Source: an uncultured delta proteobacterium
GTDB taxonomy: Bacteria > Desulfobacterota > Binatia > Binatales > Binataceae
Direction: 5' to 3'
Assembly: GCA_963842085.1 (NCBI GenBank)
Contig: CAWJET010000001.1
Coordinates: forward strand, 1,152,001-1,216,000
Length of the DNA: 64,000 nucleotides
Shown: positions 42,708 to 52,882 of the stretch, piece by piece
How positions within the stretch are numbered: position 1 is the stretch's first letter
Layout: each line of letters begins with the position of its first letter
Position numbers and translations under genes: made by a program
Notes under the pieces: generated by a model
Database searches by the model: none
The model's input: only the letters and a program-made list of their open reading frames with translations
Told to the model about the DNA's origin: nothing

Positions 42708-44314
42708 GATTGCACGTGCAGAAAGATGTCGCGGGCGTGTTCGTCGCTGATGCGCTTGACCGACGTGATGCGATCGGCAAACTGCGCCAGCGACGAGGTC
42801 TCGGCCGAGCCCACGTCAACCAGCACCGCGAAAATCGAAAAGTCCAGCTCGGCTTTGCGCTCGCGCAGCCGCGCCAGCCATTGCGGGCTGACCTGCGATT
42901 CGCCGTCGGTGATGATCACGATGTCGCCGCGCTTGAGTTTCTTTTCGCCGAGCAGCTCGACCGCCGCGTCGATTGGAGCCTCGAAGTCGGTGCCGCCGCC
43001 GGGGAAGTACTCGGCCATCTCGACGACCTTGTTCAGGTCGGGCTGGTAACGCCGCTCGCGATTCAGGTCGAGCACCTTCAGGCTCACGTCGCCCGAGGAA
43101 AACATGACCGCACGGAACAGCCGGCGCTGGCGCCGCGCGATATCCATCAGCGTCAGCGCGACCGCCTTCGACCACATCTCCTTGTCGCCCTGCATCGAGG
43201 AGCTCACGTCGATACACACCACCATCGGGCCTTTGCCCTTCTGCTCGTCGTCGCGCAGGCGGTACTGAAGGACGGTGCCTTCGAGCACGCGGCGATGGAA
43301 GTCGCGCTTGAGCACGGGATGATGCATCGCGAGCAGCTCGGCGGGGATCAGGCGTCCGAGCTCGGCGCCGAGCTCGATGTCATAGGCTTCGGCGACGCCG
43401 CGCTCCAGCGTCTTGCGCTTGAGCGCACGCGCGTCCTGCTTGAACCGCCCGACCATCCGCGCCAGCTCGCCGAGCTTTTTGTTGCGCGCGAGGCGCCGCC
43501 CGAGCTCGAGTCGCGCGCCGGCTGCGACGCGTCCGCCCTGCCCGAATTCGCGGCTGAAGTCGTGACTGTCCTCGGCGGCTTGATCGATCTCCCCGGCCAG
43601 CTCGGCGGTCTTGAGCTGCATGCGCTTGAGCGCGCTGTGATCCGCGCCCTTGAGTTGAGTTTCGAACTGCCGCGACTTCTGATTGAGCCGCGCCTCGGAA
43701 ACCTTGGCCGCGCGCTCGGCCGCATCGGCCATTTCCGCGAGCTCTTTTTTCGTTGCTTGATCTTTTTTCTCTTCGCCAGGAGCGGATTCGCCTTCTTCCT
43801 TTTCCTGGATTTCGTTGACCGCCTTCACCGCCTCGGCGCGCGCTTCGAGGTCCTGCTCCTGGCGCGCGAAGTCCCACAGGTCGAGCATCTCGCTGCGATT
43901 GATGAGCTTCTCGGATTTCATCATCTCGAGCGCATGCTCGCTCATCACGATCGCAGCGATCGCGGCCTTGTCTTCTTCCAGCGCGGTGCGCGAGCGCAGC
44001 GCCTGGAACGGCGCCGACGGCACGATTTGCTCGAGGATGGTGCGGTTGAGCGCGGCCGCGAGACGCACGTCGCCGGATTTGCGGAACACCGGGTTCATCT
44101 TGAACAGCGCGAAAAAGAGATCCTGTATCAGCGCGCCGAAGTGAGGGACCAGCCGCTCGCCGGTTTCAGCGAGCTCGGCGATCGACGGCGCGTCGGCGAC
44201 GATTTCATTCCACGTGCGCCGGTCGTAGCTGTCGCTCTCGAACCACGACGCATTGGCGGGCACGACCGGGACATACAACCGTCGCGGCTTCATGATTTTG
44301 GCTTTGCGCGCCAT
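42704..44314 (-). CDS. VWA-domain protein, ViaA-like
   Basis: ELGRLIPAEL, KGPMVVCIDVSSSM (MIDAS), GGGTDF and IVIITDG motifs. Confidence 0.85.
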   Translation of the reverse strand: MARKAKIMKPRRLYVPVVPANASWFESDSYDRRTWNEIVADAPSIAELAETGERLVPHFGALIQDLFFALFKMNPVFRKSGDVRLAAALNRTILEQIVPSAPFQALRSRTALEEDKAAIAAIVMSEHALEMMKSEKLINRSEMLDLWDFARQEQDLEARAEAVKAVNEIQEKEEGESAPGEEKKDQATKKELAEMADAAERAAKVSEARLNQKSRQFETQLKGADHSALKRMQLKTAELAGEIDQAAEDSHDFSREFGQGGRVAAGARLELGRRLARNKKLGELARMVGRFKQDARALKRKTLERGVAEAYDIELGAELGRLIPAELLAMHHPVLKRDFHRRVLEGTVLQYRLRDDEQKGKGPMVVCIDVSSSMQGDKEMWSKAVALTLMDIARRQRRLFRAVMFSSGDVSLKVLDLNRERRYQPDLNKVVEMAEYFPGGGTDFEAPIDAAVELLGEKKLKRGDIVIITDGESQVSPQWLARLRERKAELDFSIFAVLVDVGSAETSSLAQFADRITSVKRISDEHARDIFLHVQS

Positions 44315-44474
44315 CTGGATCGATCCTACGTCAGCGAAAACCGCCTCGCCACGTCTCAAATCGATGCCATTGCGTTACGAGGGCGCTTGAATGTATCGCT
44401 GGATGCGTAACACAATTGAAACAGCGGCCCACGCGACGCTTTAGAAGCGAACTTCGCGCGGCGGCGCCAATGAG

Positions 44475-45521
44475 ATGACCCAGGAATCCTCAGGCAACAC
44501 GCTTTCGAACCGGCAGCACGCGCTGATCCTGGCGGCGGTGCAGGAGTTTATCGCGACCGCCGAGCCGGTCGGCTCCGCGCAGATCGTCGCGCGCCATCAG
44601 CTCGGCGTGCGCGCCGCGATGGTGCGCAACATGATGGCCGAGCTCGAAGACTGCGGTTACCTGCGTCAGCCGCATACTTCGGCGGGCCGGGTGCCGACCG
44701 AGAAGGCGTTTCGCTATTACGTGGATCACCTCGCCGCGGCAACGACGATCGGCTTCGAGGACCGTGCGCAAATCGAGCTCCATTACTCGAGCGCCGCCCG
44801 CAACCTGGGCGAAGTGCTGCGCGACACGCCGCGCCTGCTCTCTCTTCTCACGGGCCAGGCCGCGCTGGTGATGGCGCCGCGGCTGGAGGCCTCGATCCTC
44901 GACCGCGTCAACTTCGTCCGCCTGCGCGACAACCAGGTGCTGGCGGTTTTCGTCGCCGTCAAAGGCGCGACGCAGAACCGTATCGTCGATACCGAGCGCG
45001 ACCATTCGCAGGACGAGCTGGATCGCATGGCGCGCTACCTCAACCAGTCGCTCGAAGGACGCACGCTCGACGAGGCGCGCCGCTGGATCGAAGAACAACT
45101 GCACCAGGAACGGGCCAACTACGATCGCTTCATGCACGACGCGCTGGCGCTAGGCGAGGCAATTGCGGATTACGTCGGGCGTCCGGAGCTGTACGTCGAG
45201 GGCAGCCTGCAGGCGCTCGAGCAGCCCGAGTTTTCCGATCGCGACAAGATGCGCGAGCTGTTGCGCGCGCTCGACGACAAAACCGCGCTGCTCGAATTGC
45301 TCGAGCGTAGCCTGACCCACGCCGGGCTGACGGTGTCGATCGGCTCGGAGAACTATGACCCGCGCCTGTCGTCGTTGAGCGTGGTGGCGGCGTCGTACGC
45401 CAGCGGTCCGAGCGCGCTCGGCAGCCTGGCAGTAGTGGGCCCGGTCCGAATGGACTACGACCGGGTGATACCGCTGGTCGAGTACACGGCGCGCGCCCTG
45501 TCGCGCCTGATCGAGTACTGA
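44475..45521 (+). CDS. hrcA: heat-inducible transcription repressor HrcA
   Basis: AEPVGS, QPHTSAGRVPT and VVGPVRMDY motifs; upstream of grpE-dnaK-dnaJ. Confidence 0.96.
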   Translation: MTQESSGNTLSNRQHALILAAVQEFIATAEPVGSAQIVARHQLGVRAAMVRNMMAELEDCGYLRQPHTSAGRVPTEKAFRYYVDHLAAATTIGFEDRAQIELHYSSAARNLGEVLRDTPRLLSLLTGQAALVMAPRLEASILDRVNFVRLRDNQVLAVFVAVKGATQNRIVDTERDHSQDELDRMARYLNQSLEGRTLDEARRWIEEQLHQERANYDRFMHDALALGEAIADYVGRPELYVEGSLQALEQPEFSDRDKMRELLRALDDKTALLELLERSLTHAGLTVSIGSENYDPRLSSLSVVAASYASGPSALGSLAVVGPVRMDYDRVIPLVEYTARALSRLIEY

Positions 45522-45536
45522 AGAACTTAATCGCAA

Positions 45537-45588
45537 TGAAACCCGCGGTGGGTTTCAAACTTCCTTCGGCAGGGGTAACCCCTGCACC
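45537..45588 (+). repeat. hairpin plus REP-like palindrome, copy 3 of 3
   Basis: TGAAACCC-gcggt-GGGTTTCA followed by CGGCAGGGGTAACCCCTGCACC. Confidence 0.7.
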
Positions 45589-45720
45589 TTAGTATCAAGA
45601 TGAACAGAAGACGGCCCGACCCGGCCTGAATCTAGGCAAAATCCAACGGATCCCGCCGTCGCCGGCAGTGGCGCGAGCGTGAATCATGCTTACGTTTAAA
45701 GCCGATTCGGTCCCATAAAA

Positions 45721-46356
45721 ATGACCAAGCGACACAAGCACCCGCAGGACGGAAATCCAGGCATGGACGGGGAATTCGATCAGGCCGATGCCGGCGCTGA
45801 GTCTGCGCACAGCGAGGGCGCCAGCGATCTGGACACTTTGCGCGCGCAGCTTGCCGAAAAAGACAAGGAAATCGCCGAGCTGAAGGACAAGTACCTTCGC
45901 ACGCTCGCCGACTCCGAGAATACTCGCAAGCGAATCCGCCAGCAGAGCGAGGAATCGGTCCGCATCCAGCGCGAGGCTATTCTCGGCGACCTGCTGCCGA
46001 TCATCGACAACCTCGAGCGCGCGCTCGCGGCCGCCCGCAGCGGCACCGACGCCAGGACGATCGTCGATGGCGTCGAGATGACGGTGCGGGCGCTGATCGA
46101 TTTCCTGCGCGCCCAGGGCGTGACACCGTTGCAGTCGGTCGGCCAAGCCTTTGACCCCAATCGGCATGAGGCCGTCGATCACGTGGCGTCCGAGGCTCAT
46201 CCGCCGAACACGGTCGTCGACGAATTCCATCGCGGCTACCTGATCGGCGACCGGACTCTGCGTCCGGCGCGCGTGTCGGTTGCCAAGGAGACCGGCAGCG
46301 ATTCCACAAAGCGAAGCGGAGGCGAAACCGATGCCTCCGACATTGAAAATAACTGA
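45721..46356 (+). CDS. grpE: nucleotide exchange factor GrpE
   Basis: LRTLADSENTRKR, LLPIIDNLERAL, FDPNRHEA and GY..GDRTLRPARV motifs. Confidence 0.96.
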   Translation: MTKRHKHPQDGNPGMDGEFDQADAGAESAHSEGASDLDTLRAQLAEKDKEIAELKDKYLRTLADSENTRKRIRQQSEESVRIQREAILGDLLPIIDNLERALAAARSGTDARTIVDGVEMTVRALIDFLRAQGVTPLQSVGQAFDPNRHEAVDHVASEAHPPNTVVDEFHRGYLIGDRTLRPARVSVAKETGSDSTKRSGGETDASDIENN

Positions 46357-46405
46357 AACGTGATTATTTCTCTCTTAAGTTCTATATCAGGGGACCTTTA
46401 GGAAA

Positions 46406-48349
46406 ATGGCAAAAGTTATCGGTATCGACTTGGGCACGACGAACAGCTGCGTCGCGATAATGGAGGGCGGCGACCCCGTGGTTATCGCCAACTCCGAAGG
46501 CAGCCGCACGACGCCGTCCGTGGTCGCGTTTACGGAAGCAGGCGAGCGGCTGGTTGGTCAGATCGCCAGGCGCCAAGCGATCACCAATCCGACCAACACG
46601 GTATTTGCAATCAAACGCCTGATGGGCCGGCGTTTCGAGGACACCGAAGTCCAGAAGGCGATCAAGGTGTTGCCGTACAAAGTCGTGAAGAACGACGACG
46701 GCGCGGCGTGGGTCGAGATCCGCGGCAAGAAATACAGTCCGCCGGAGATTTCGGCCTTCATCCTGCAAAAGATGAAGCAGACCGCCGAGGACTACCTTGG
46801 CGAGAAAGTCACCGAGGCGGTTATCACCGTGCCCGCGTACTTCAACGACAGCCAGCGCCAGGCTACCAAGGACGCGGGCCGTATCGCGGGCCTCAACGTG
46901 CTGCGGATCATCAACGAGCCGACGGCGGCGTCGCTGGCCTACGGTCTCGACAAGAAGAAGGACGAGAAGATCGCCGTGTTCGATCTCGGCGGCGGCACCT
47001 TCGATATTTCAATTCTCGAACTGGGCGAGGGCGTCTTCGAGGTCAAGGCGACCAACGGCGACACCTTCCTGGGCGGCGAGGATTTCGATCAGCGGGTAAT
47101 GGATTACCTGGCCGACGAGTTCCGCAAGGACCAGGGAATCGACCTGCGCAAAGATCGGATGGCGCTGCAGCGGCTGAAGGAAGCCGCCGAGAAAGCCAAG
47201 ACCGAGCTGTCCACCGTGACGGAGACCGACATCAATCTGCCCTTCATCACTGCGGATCAGTCGGGCCCCAAGCATCTCAATATCAAGCTGACGCGCGCGA
47301 AGCTCGAGGCGCTGTGCGCCGACCTGCTCGACCGGCTCGAGGCGCCGTGCGTGACCGCGCTGCGCGACGCCGGCCTCAAGGCGAGCGACATCAACGAGAT
47401 CGTGCTGGTCGGCGGCATGACCCGGATGCCCGCGGTGCAGGAACGGGTGAAGCGCCTGTTCGGCAAGGAAGGTCACAAGGGCGTCAACCCCGACGAGGTG
47501 GTCGCGATCGGCGCCGCAATCCAGGCGGGCGTGCTCAAGGGCGAAGTCAAAGACGTCCTGCTGCTCGACGTGACTCCGCTGTCGCTCGGAATCGAAACGC
47601 TCGGCGGCGTGTTCACCAAGCTAATTGAGAAGAACACGACCATTCCCACGCGCAAGAGCCAGGTGTTCTCGACCGCGCAGGACAATCAGACCGCGGTCAC
47701 GATTCGCGTCTTCCAGGGCGAACGCGAGATGGCGTCGGACAACAAGCTGCTCGGCCAGTTCGACCTGATCGGAATTCCACCGGCGCCGCGCGGGATGCCG
47801 CAGGTCGAGGTCACGTTCGACATCGACGCGAACGGAATCGTCAACGTGCATGCCAAGGACCTCGGCACCAACAAGGAGCAGTCGATCAGGATTACCGCGT
47901 CGTCGGGACTCAATGAAGAAGAGATCAAGAAGATGGTGCGCGAGGCCGAGGCGCATGCCGCCGACGACCATGCTCGCCGCCAGCAAGCCGAGGCGCGCAA
48001 CAAGCTCGACAACCTGATCTACACCACCGAGAAGACGCTCAAGGATCATGGCGCCGAAGTCGACGAGGCGGGACGCAAGCAGGTCGAGGACGCGCTCGCG
48101 GAAGCCAGGACCAAGCTCGAGTCCAAGGACACCGACGAGATCAATCGCGCCGCCGAAGCCCTCGCCAACGCGTCGCACAAGCTGGCCGAGGCTATGTACA
48201 GCAAGACCAAGGCAGGTGCAGGACCGCAAGCCGGGGCCGGCCCCCAGGACGGCGCCAGCGGGCAAAGTGGCTCCCAGGGCGGAAACGGCGAAAAAGGCGC
48301 GAAAGAAGATGTGGTCGATGCCGACTACAAGGAAGTTAAGGATCAATAA
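46406..48349 (+). CDS. dnaK: molecular chaperone DnaK
   Basis: [18 protein letters not shown] and NPDEVVA motifs. Confidence 0.99.
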   Translation: MAKVIGIDLGTTNSCVAIMEGGDPVVIANSEGSRTTPSVVAFTEAGERLVGQIARRQAITNPTNTVFAIKRLMGRRFEDTEVQKAIKVLPYKVVKNDDGAAWVEIRGKKYSPPEISAFILQKMKQTAEDYLGEKVTEAVITVPAYFNDSQRQATKDAGRIAGLNVLRIINEPTAASLAYGLDKKKDEKIAVFDLGGGTFDISILELGEGVFEVKATNGDTFLGGEDFDQRVMDYLADEFRKDQGIDLRKDRMALQRLKEAAEKAKTELSTVTETDINLPFITADQSGPKHLNIKLTRAKLEALCADLLDRLEAPCVTALRDAGLKASDINEIVLVGGMTRMPAVQERVKRLFGKEGHKGVNPDEVVAIGAAIQAGVLKGEVKDVLLLDVTPLSLGIETLGGVFTKLIEKNTTIPTRKSQVFSTAQDNQTAVTIRVFQGEREMASDNKLLGQFDLIGIPPAPRGMPQVEVTFDIDANGIVNVHAKDLGTNKEQSIRITASSGLNEEEIKKMVREAEAHAADDHARRQQAEARNKLDNLIYTTEKTLKDHGAEVDEAGRKQVEDALAEARTKLESKDTDEINRAAEALANASHKLAEAMYSKTKAGAGPQAGAGPQDGASGQSGSQGGNGEKGAKEDVVDADYKEVKDQ

Positions 48350-48354
48350 CCGCA

Positions 48355-48380
48355 AGCGGGGCCGCGCATGCGGCCCCGCT
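48355..48380 (+). terminator. GC-rich hairpin between dnaK and dnaJ (attenuator or mRNA stabiliser; no U-tract)
   Basis: AGCGGGGCCGC-gcat-GCGGCCCCGCT, an 11-bp perfect stem. Confidence 0.6.
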
Positions 48381-48434
48381 CGTAGCCGGCTGACAATGGC
48401 GTCGCCTCGGATGTTCGCATAGAATCTTTGCGCG

Positions 48435-49571
48435 ATGCCGCCAGCACACAAACGCGACTACTATGAAATCCTCGGCGTCCATCGCGGCGCCAGCGAAGCC
48501 GAATTAAAGAAGGCTTACCGCGGTCTCGCAATTCAGTTTCATCCCGATCGCAATCCCGGCAACAAGGAAGCCGAGGAGCGCTTCAAAGAACTCAACGAGG
48601 CCTACCAGGTTCTCTCCGATCCGGAGCGGCGCGCGCAATACGATCGCTTTGGTCACGCCGCTTTCCAGGGCGCGCAGGGTGGCCCGGGCGGATTCGGCGG
48701 TTTCGACTTCAGCCAGGGCTTCGAGGAAGTTTTCTCGGACATCTTCGGCGATTTCTTCGGCACCGGCCGCGGACGCTCGCGTTCGCGCACCCGGCGCGGC
48801 GACGACCTGCGCTACGATCTCGAAATCGAATTCGAAGAAGCGGCGCGCGGCGTCGAGCGAGTCGTAAAGTTCCAGCGCCTGACTCAGTGCGACGCCTGCA
48901 ACGGCACTCGCGCCCGCGGCGGCTCCAGCGGCGCTCGCCAGTGCCCCAATTGCCGCGGCAGCGGCCAGGTGCGCACCCAGCAGGGATTCTTTTCGATCTC
49001 GACCACCTGCGGGCAATGCCGCGGCGAGGGCATGATCATCTCCGACCCGTGCCCCAAGTGCCAGGGACAGGGGCGAATCCGCAAGCACGAATCGCTCGCC
49101 GTGAAAATTCCGCCGGGCGTCGACAACGGCTCGCGCCTCAAGCTGCGCGGCGAGGGCGAGGCCGGCTACGGCGGCGGACCGCAAGGCGATCTCTACGTCG
49201 TCATTCACGTCAAAGAGCACGCGATGTTCGTGCGCCAGGACAACGACGTGATAATCGAGGCGCCGATCAGCTTCCCGCAGGCGGCGGTCGGCACCGAGAT
49301 CGAAGTGCCGACGCTCGAAGGCAAGGTGAAGCTCAAGATTCCGCCGGGCACGCAATCGGGAAAAATCCTGCGCCTCAAGGGCAAGGGTATCGTCGACCTC
49401 CACGGCTACGGACGCGGCGATCAGCTCATCAAGATTATCGTCGAAACGCCGCGCAGTCTGACCGCGCGCCAGCGCGAACTGCTCGAGGAGTTCGCCAAGC
49501 TCGACGGCAAGGCCGTCAACCATCCGCTGTCCAAGGGCTTCGTGGACAAGCTCAAGGAGATGTTCGGCTAG
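48435..49571 (+). CDS. dnaJ: molecular chaperone DnaJ
   Basis: HPD J-domain, G/F region and four CxxCxGxG repeats. Confidence 0.98.
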   Translation: MPPAHKRDYYEILGVHRGASEAELKKAYRGLAIQFHPDRNPGNKEAEERFKELNEAYQVLSDPERRAQYDRFGHAAFQGAQGGPGGFGGFDFSQGFEEVFSDIFGDFFGTGRGRSRSRTRRGDDLRYDLEIEFEEAARGVERVVKFQRLTQCDACNGTRARGGSSGARQCPNCRGSGQVRTQQGFFSISTTCGQCRGEGMIISDPCPKCQGQGRIRKHESLAVKIPPGVDNGSRLKLRGEGEAGYGGGPQGDLYVVIHVKEHAMFVRQDNDVIIEAPISFPQAAVGTEIEVPTLEGKVKLKIPPGTQSGKILRLKGKGIVDLHGYGRGDQLIKIIVETPRSLTARQRELLEEFAKLDGKAVNHPLSKGFVDKLKEMFG

Positions 49572-49610
49572 CCTGTGTGCAAGCGCCGTCCGGCGAAGGA
49601 GTTGAAGCTA

Positions 49611-49820
49611 ATGGCCTGCAATTCGTGCGAGAGCAGCGGAAGATTTCGAGCGAGCTATTGCGATGACTGCGAGCGCTGGACTTTCAATGTCGACAAGCGC
49701 GACCTTCTGATCGCGGCGGGACTCGTGGCAGTCGCCGCGGTGATCGTCCTGCAACCGGAGCTGCTCGTAGCGCCCGCCGGCATCATGTTCGCGCGGCGCG
49801 TAGGCGGCGCGCTCGCGTAG
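49611..49820 (+). CDS. small hypothetical protein with two CxxC motifs and a C-terminal transmembrane helix
   Basis: GAAGGAG RBS; MACNSC...YCDDC...LLIAAGLVAVAAVIVL. Confidence 0.6.
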   Translation: MACNSCESSGRFRASYCDDCERWTFNVDKRDLLIAAGLVAVAAVIVLQPELLVAPAGIMFARRVGGALA

Positions 49821-49834
49821 GTAATTCCGCGCGC

Positions 49835-50244
49835 TCAGCGCGGGACGTGCACCAGTTCCAGCTTCAGCCCGTCGGGATCGGTGAAGAACACCGCGTAGTA
49901 TCCCGGGAGATAGTCGTATTCTTTCGGCGGATCGGTGACCTTGCCGCCGTTGGCTGAAATTTTTGCCGCTAGATCGTCGATCTGCCGGCGGCTCTCGGCG
50001 GCAAACGCGATCTCGCATAGTCCGACGCGATGCCGATGGAACTTGTCGGCGCGGAACTCGGGGTAGACGGCCGGATCCAGAGCGAGCCGTGGTCGCCGAA
50101 ATAGCCGGCGGTGACGTCGGTCTGCGGCTGATCGTAGGACATCGCTTTCGGATAGCCGATCTGCGGCATCAGCCATGCGTAAAACTTCTTCGCTGCCGCA
50201 TAGTCGTTGACGTTGACGATGATATGGTCGACTCCCGCACGCAT
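49835..50244 (-). pseudogene. VOC/glyoxalase family protein, frameshifted (1-nt deletion near 50065)
   Basis: N-half (VDHIIVNV.D...KFY) and C-half (EIAFAAESR..ID...YYAVFFTDPDGLKLE) are in different frames. The span of 410 nt is 3n-1. Confidence 0.8.
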
Positions 50245-50376
50245 AACGACACCTCCGGTAAAGCCCTTGACGATTAGAATCTACTTTTGCCTGCCCGTCG
50301 CCCCTTGACGTTCGACGGAGAGGAATTATTTTTTAGTCGAGTAGCGGTTCCAACTCTCATTCATTAGGAGGCTCTT

Positions 50377-50823
50377 ATGGCACTGCTAAGATATTCCCCC
50401 GATTTGGATCCAGTTAACAACCTGCTCGCCTTGCAGAGCGACTTGGAGCGCTTCCTGCGGAACCCCGCGTACGGGCTCGGCGTCTCCGGCTCCGGCGGTT
50501 TTCCACCGGTCAACATTTTCGACACCGGCGACGGAGTAGCGGTGATAGCCGAGATACCGGGAATCGATCCTAAGAGCATCAGCGTGTCCGGCCAGGGTCA
50601 TACGCTCACGATCAAGGGCGAGCGCCGGCGTGAAACGTCCACCGAGGCCACCGGCTATCACCGGCGCGAGCGAGCGTTCGGTGAGTTTTCGCGTTCGATC
50701 CAGTTGCCGGAGCAGCTCGATCTCGACAAAGCCGCCGCCACTTACGACGCCGGAATGCTGACCGTGAAAGTTCCCAAGGCGGAAGCCGCAAAGCCGCGTC
50801 AGATCACGGTAACCCCGGCATGA
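50377..50823 (+). CDS. Hsp20/alpha-crystallin small heat-shock protein
   Basis: PPVNIFD, AEIPGID, RRER..GEFSRS and GMLTVKVPK motifs. Confidence 0.94.
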   Translation: MALLRYSPDLDPVNNLLALQSDLERFLRNPAYGLGVSGSGGFPPVNIFDTGDGVAVIAEIPGIDPKSISVSGQGHTLTIKGERRRETSTEATGYHRRERAFGEFSRSIQLPEQLDLDKAAATYDAGMLTVKVPKAEAAKPRQITVTPA

Positions 50824-50868
50824 GGTATCAGCCCCAAGCAGCCGAAACTCTCAAAGGAGGAACCGAAA

Positions 50869-51267
50869 ATGACTGAGCAGGAAATCGCCACCAAGGAGAA
50901 GCAGCAAATACAGGGCCAGGAGAAAACGCGCGCGGGCCGTTTCTTTCTGCCCGAGGTCGATATCGAGGAGTTAAACGATTCCTTGAGACTGTGGGCCGAC
51001 ATGCCCGGTGTGAAACAGAGCGACGTCGAGGTAACCCTCAATGGCGGCATCCTCACTATAGTTGGGACCGTCTCGACCGAGCGTTACCACAAACTCGCGC
51101 CGCTCTACACTGAGTATAACGTCGGGAACTATTTCAGGCAGTTCGAGTTGAACGAGGATATCGACGACCAGCAAATCAAGGCCTCGATGCGGGACGGCGT
51201 GCTGGAGCTTACGTTGCCGAAGAGCGAGCGCGCGCGACCCCGGCGCATCGAAGTCAACGTGCGCTGA
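50869..51267 (+). CDS. Hsp20/alpha-crystallin small heat-shock protein
   Basis: PEVDI, ADMPGV and DGVLELTLPK...PRRIEV motifs. Confidence 0.94.
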   Translation: MTEQEIATKEKQQIQGQEKTRAGRFFLPEVDIEELNDSLRLWADMPGVKQSDVEVTLNGGILTIVGTVSTERYHKLAPLYTEYNVGNYFRQFELNEDIDDQQIKASMRDGVLELTLPKSERARPRRIEVNVR

Positions 51268-52126
51268 GCTCTCGGCCCAGCGCGTTGAACAGAGCTGCGC
51301 GCATCACGCCGGCCGGCGGCGCAACTCGATTGAACAGCTTGAACGCGAGCTCACCCTGGTTCACCAGCATCCCGGCGCCATCGCACGCGCGCCGGCCGGC
51401 GGCGAGTGCGGGCTTCAGGAACTCGGTCGGCTCGCCGGAATAAATCAGATCGTAGAACAGGCAATCTGTCGCGGTTGAGTCGTAGTCGAGACGCGCGAAC
51501 CGCCCCGTCGTCAGACCCATCGAGGTCGCATTGACGATCAATCGCGCGTCGGCCATCAGCTCCGAGTCCATCAGCGCGTCCAGCCCGCGCGGCTCGCCCG
51601 CCGCGCGCGCTCCCCGGGCCGAAAAACGGCGCGCGAGTGTTGCCGCACGCGCCGGCGTGCGATTGGCGATCACGACACGATTCGCGCCGAGCCGGATGCA
51701 TGCGAGGACCGCTGACGCCGCGCCGCCGCCCGCGCCAATCACGATCGCAAGCCGCCCGCGCAGCTCGCATCCGAGATCGCGCAAGTCGCGCTCGAGGCCG
51801 CGCGCATCGGTGTTGTCGCCGCGAAGCGCGCCGCGCCGATTGACGACGCAATTGACCGCGCCGAGCAGGCGCGCCTCTCCGCTCAGATCCTTGATGAGTC
51901 GGGCCGCAGCCTGTTTGTGCGGCACCGTCAGATTTACGCCGATGATTCCGAGTGGATGAATCGCGCGAAGTGCCGGCGCAAGATTGCCGGCGGTCACGCA
52001 AAATGCCGCGTAGGTCCGGCTCATGCCGAGCGCCGCGTAGGCAGCGTTGTGCATTGCGGGCGATTTGGAATGTTCTATAGGATCGCCAAAAATCGCCGCG
52101 ACCGCAGTGTCGCTATGTATTGCCAA
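51254..52126 (-). CDS. aroE: shikimate dehydrogenase
   Basis: HSKSPAMHN, NLTVPHK, GDNTD, GAGGGA, ANRT and NATSMG motifs. Confidence 0.93.
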   Translation of the reverse strand: MAIHSDTAVAAIFGDPIEHSKSPAMHNAAYAALGMSRTYAAFCVTAGNLAPALRAIHPLGIIGVNLTVPHKQAAARLIKDLSGEARLLGAVNCVVNRRGALRGDNTDARGLERDLRDLGCELRGRLAIVIGAGGGAASAVLACIRLGANRVVIANRTPARAATLARRFSARGARAAGEPRGLDALMDSELMADARLIVNATSMGLTTGRFARLDYDSTATDCLFYDLIYSGEPTEFLKPALAAGRRACDGAGMLVNQGELAFKLFNRVAPPAGVMRAALFNALGRELSAR

Positions 52127-52132
52127 GCGAAA

Positions 52133-52705
52133 TCATCCGGCGACGAGATGAGCGGCACGCTCGGCGCGCACCTCTTCCGCGGTGAAGACCCAGCTATACT
52201 TCAGGCCCGCACCCTCGAACGCTTCGACCGCGCCCTCGCCGCGCTCCACCAGCGCGATTGCCGCGATCACGTTGGCGCCCGCCTCGCGCATCGCGGCCAC
52301 CGCCTGCAGGCTCGACCCATCCGTCGTGATCGTATCGTCGATCACGGCCGTCCGCAGGCCCGGCTTGAACGCGCCTTCGATAATCTGTTGCAGCCCGTGC
52401 TGCTTGGTTTCCTTGCGCACGAAGAAGCCGCGAAGATTGACGCCGGCGCGATACGCCGCTGCCATCACCGCGTCAGTCACCGGCAACGCGCCAGCCGCCA
52501 TGCCGCCGATTTGCTCGACGCCCGCCGCCGTCGCGAGTTCAAGCACGAGTTCTCCGGCGAGGTAAGCGCCACGTGGCAGGTACAACGTGCGTTTGCAATC
52601 GACGTAGTAATTGGACGCGCGCCCGGACGAGAGTGTGAGTTGTCGCTCGAAATACGACTCCCGGGCAAGCATCGCCAGCAGTTCGCGGCGCTGTTCGGAG
52701 TTCAT
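52133..52705 (-). CDS. pyrE: orotate phosphoribosyltransferase
   Basis: LSSGRASNYYVD, VRKETKQHG and VIDDTITT PRPP motif; start inferred at 52705. Confidence 0.9.
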   Translation of the reverse strand: MNSEQRRELLAMLARESYFERQLTLSSGRASNYYVDCKRTLYLPRGAYLAGELVLELATAAGVEQIGGMAAGALPVTDAVMAAAYRAGVNLRGFFVRKETKQHGLQQIIEGAFKPGLRTAVIDDTITTDGSSLQAVAAMREAGANVIAAIALVERGEGAVEAFEGAGLKYSWVFTAEEVRAERAAHLVAG

Positions 52706-52882
52706 AAGCGAAGGTGATCTTAACGGATGCAGCGCAGGGCACAAGAGCGATATAATTTCGATGGCGCTGGTGATAGCCTCAAACAAGCCCGCAAGGAACA
52801 ATGCATCGTGCAGTCCGCCGGGCAGCGAAGGAGAAACAGCGACGTCGCCGCGAGTAGCGCAACTCGAGCGTCGCTTCGATAA

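Noticed and set aside
45688-45720. sigma32-like promoter (CCCAT) before grpE
   Set aside because: Poor -35 match, and it abuts the annotated start codon; too weak to report.
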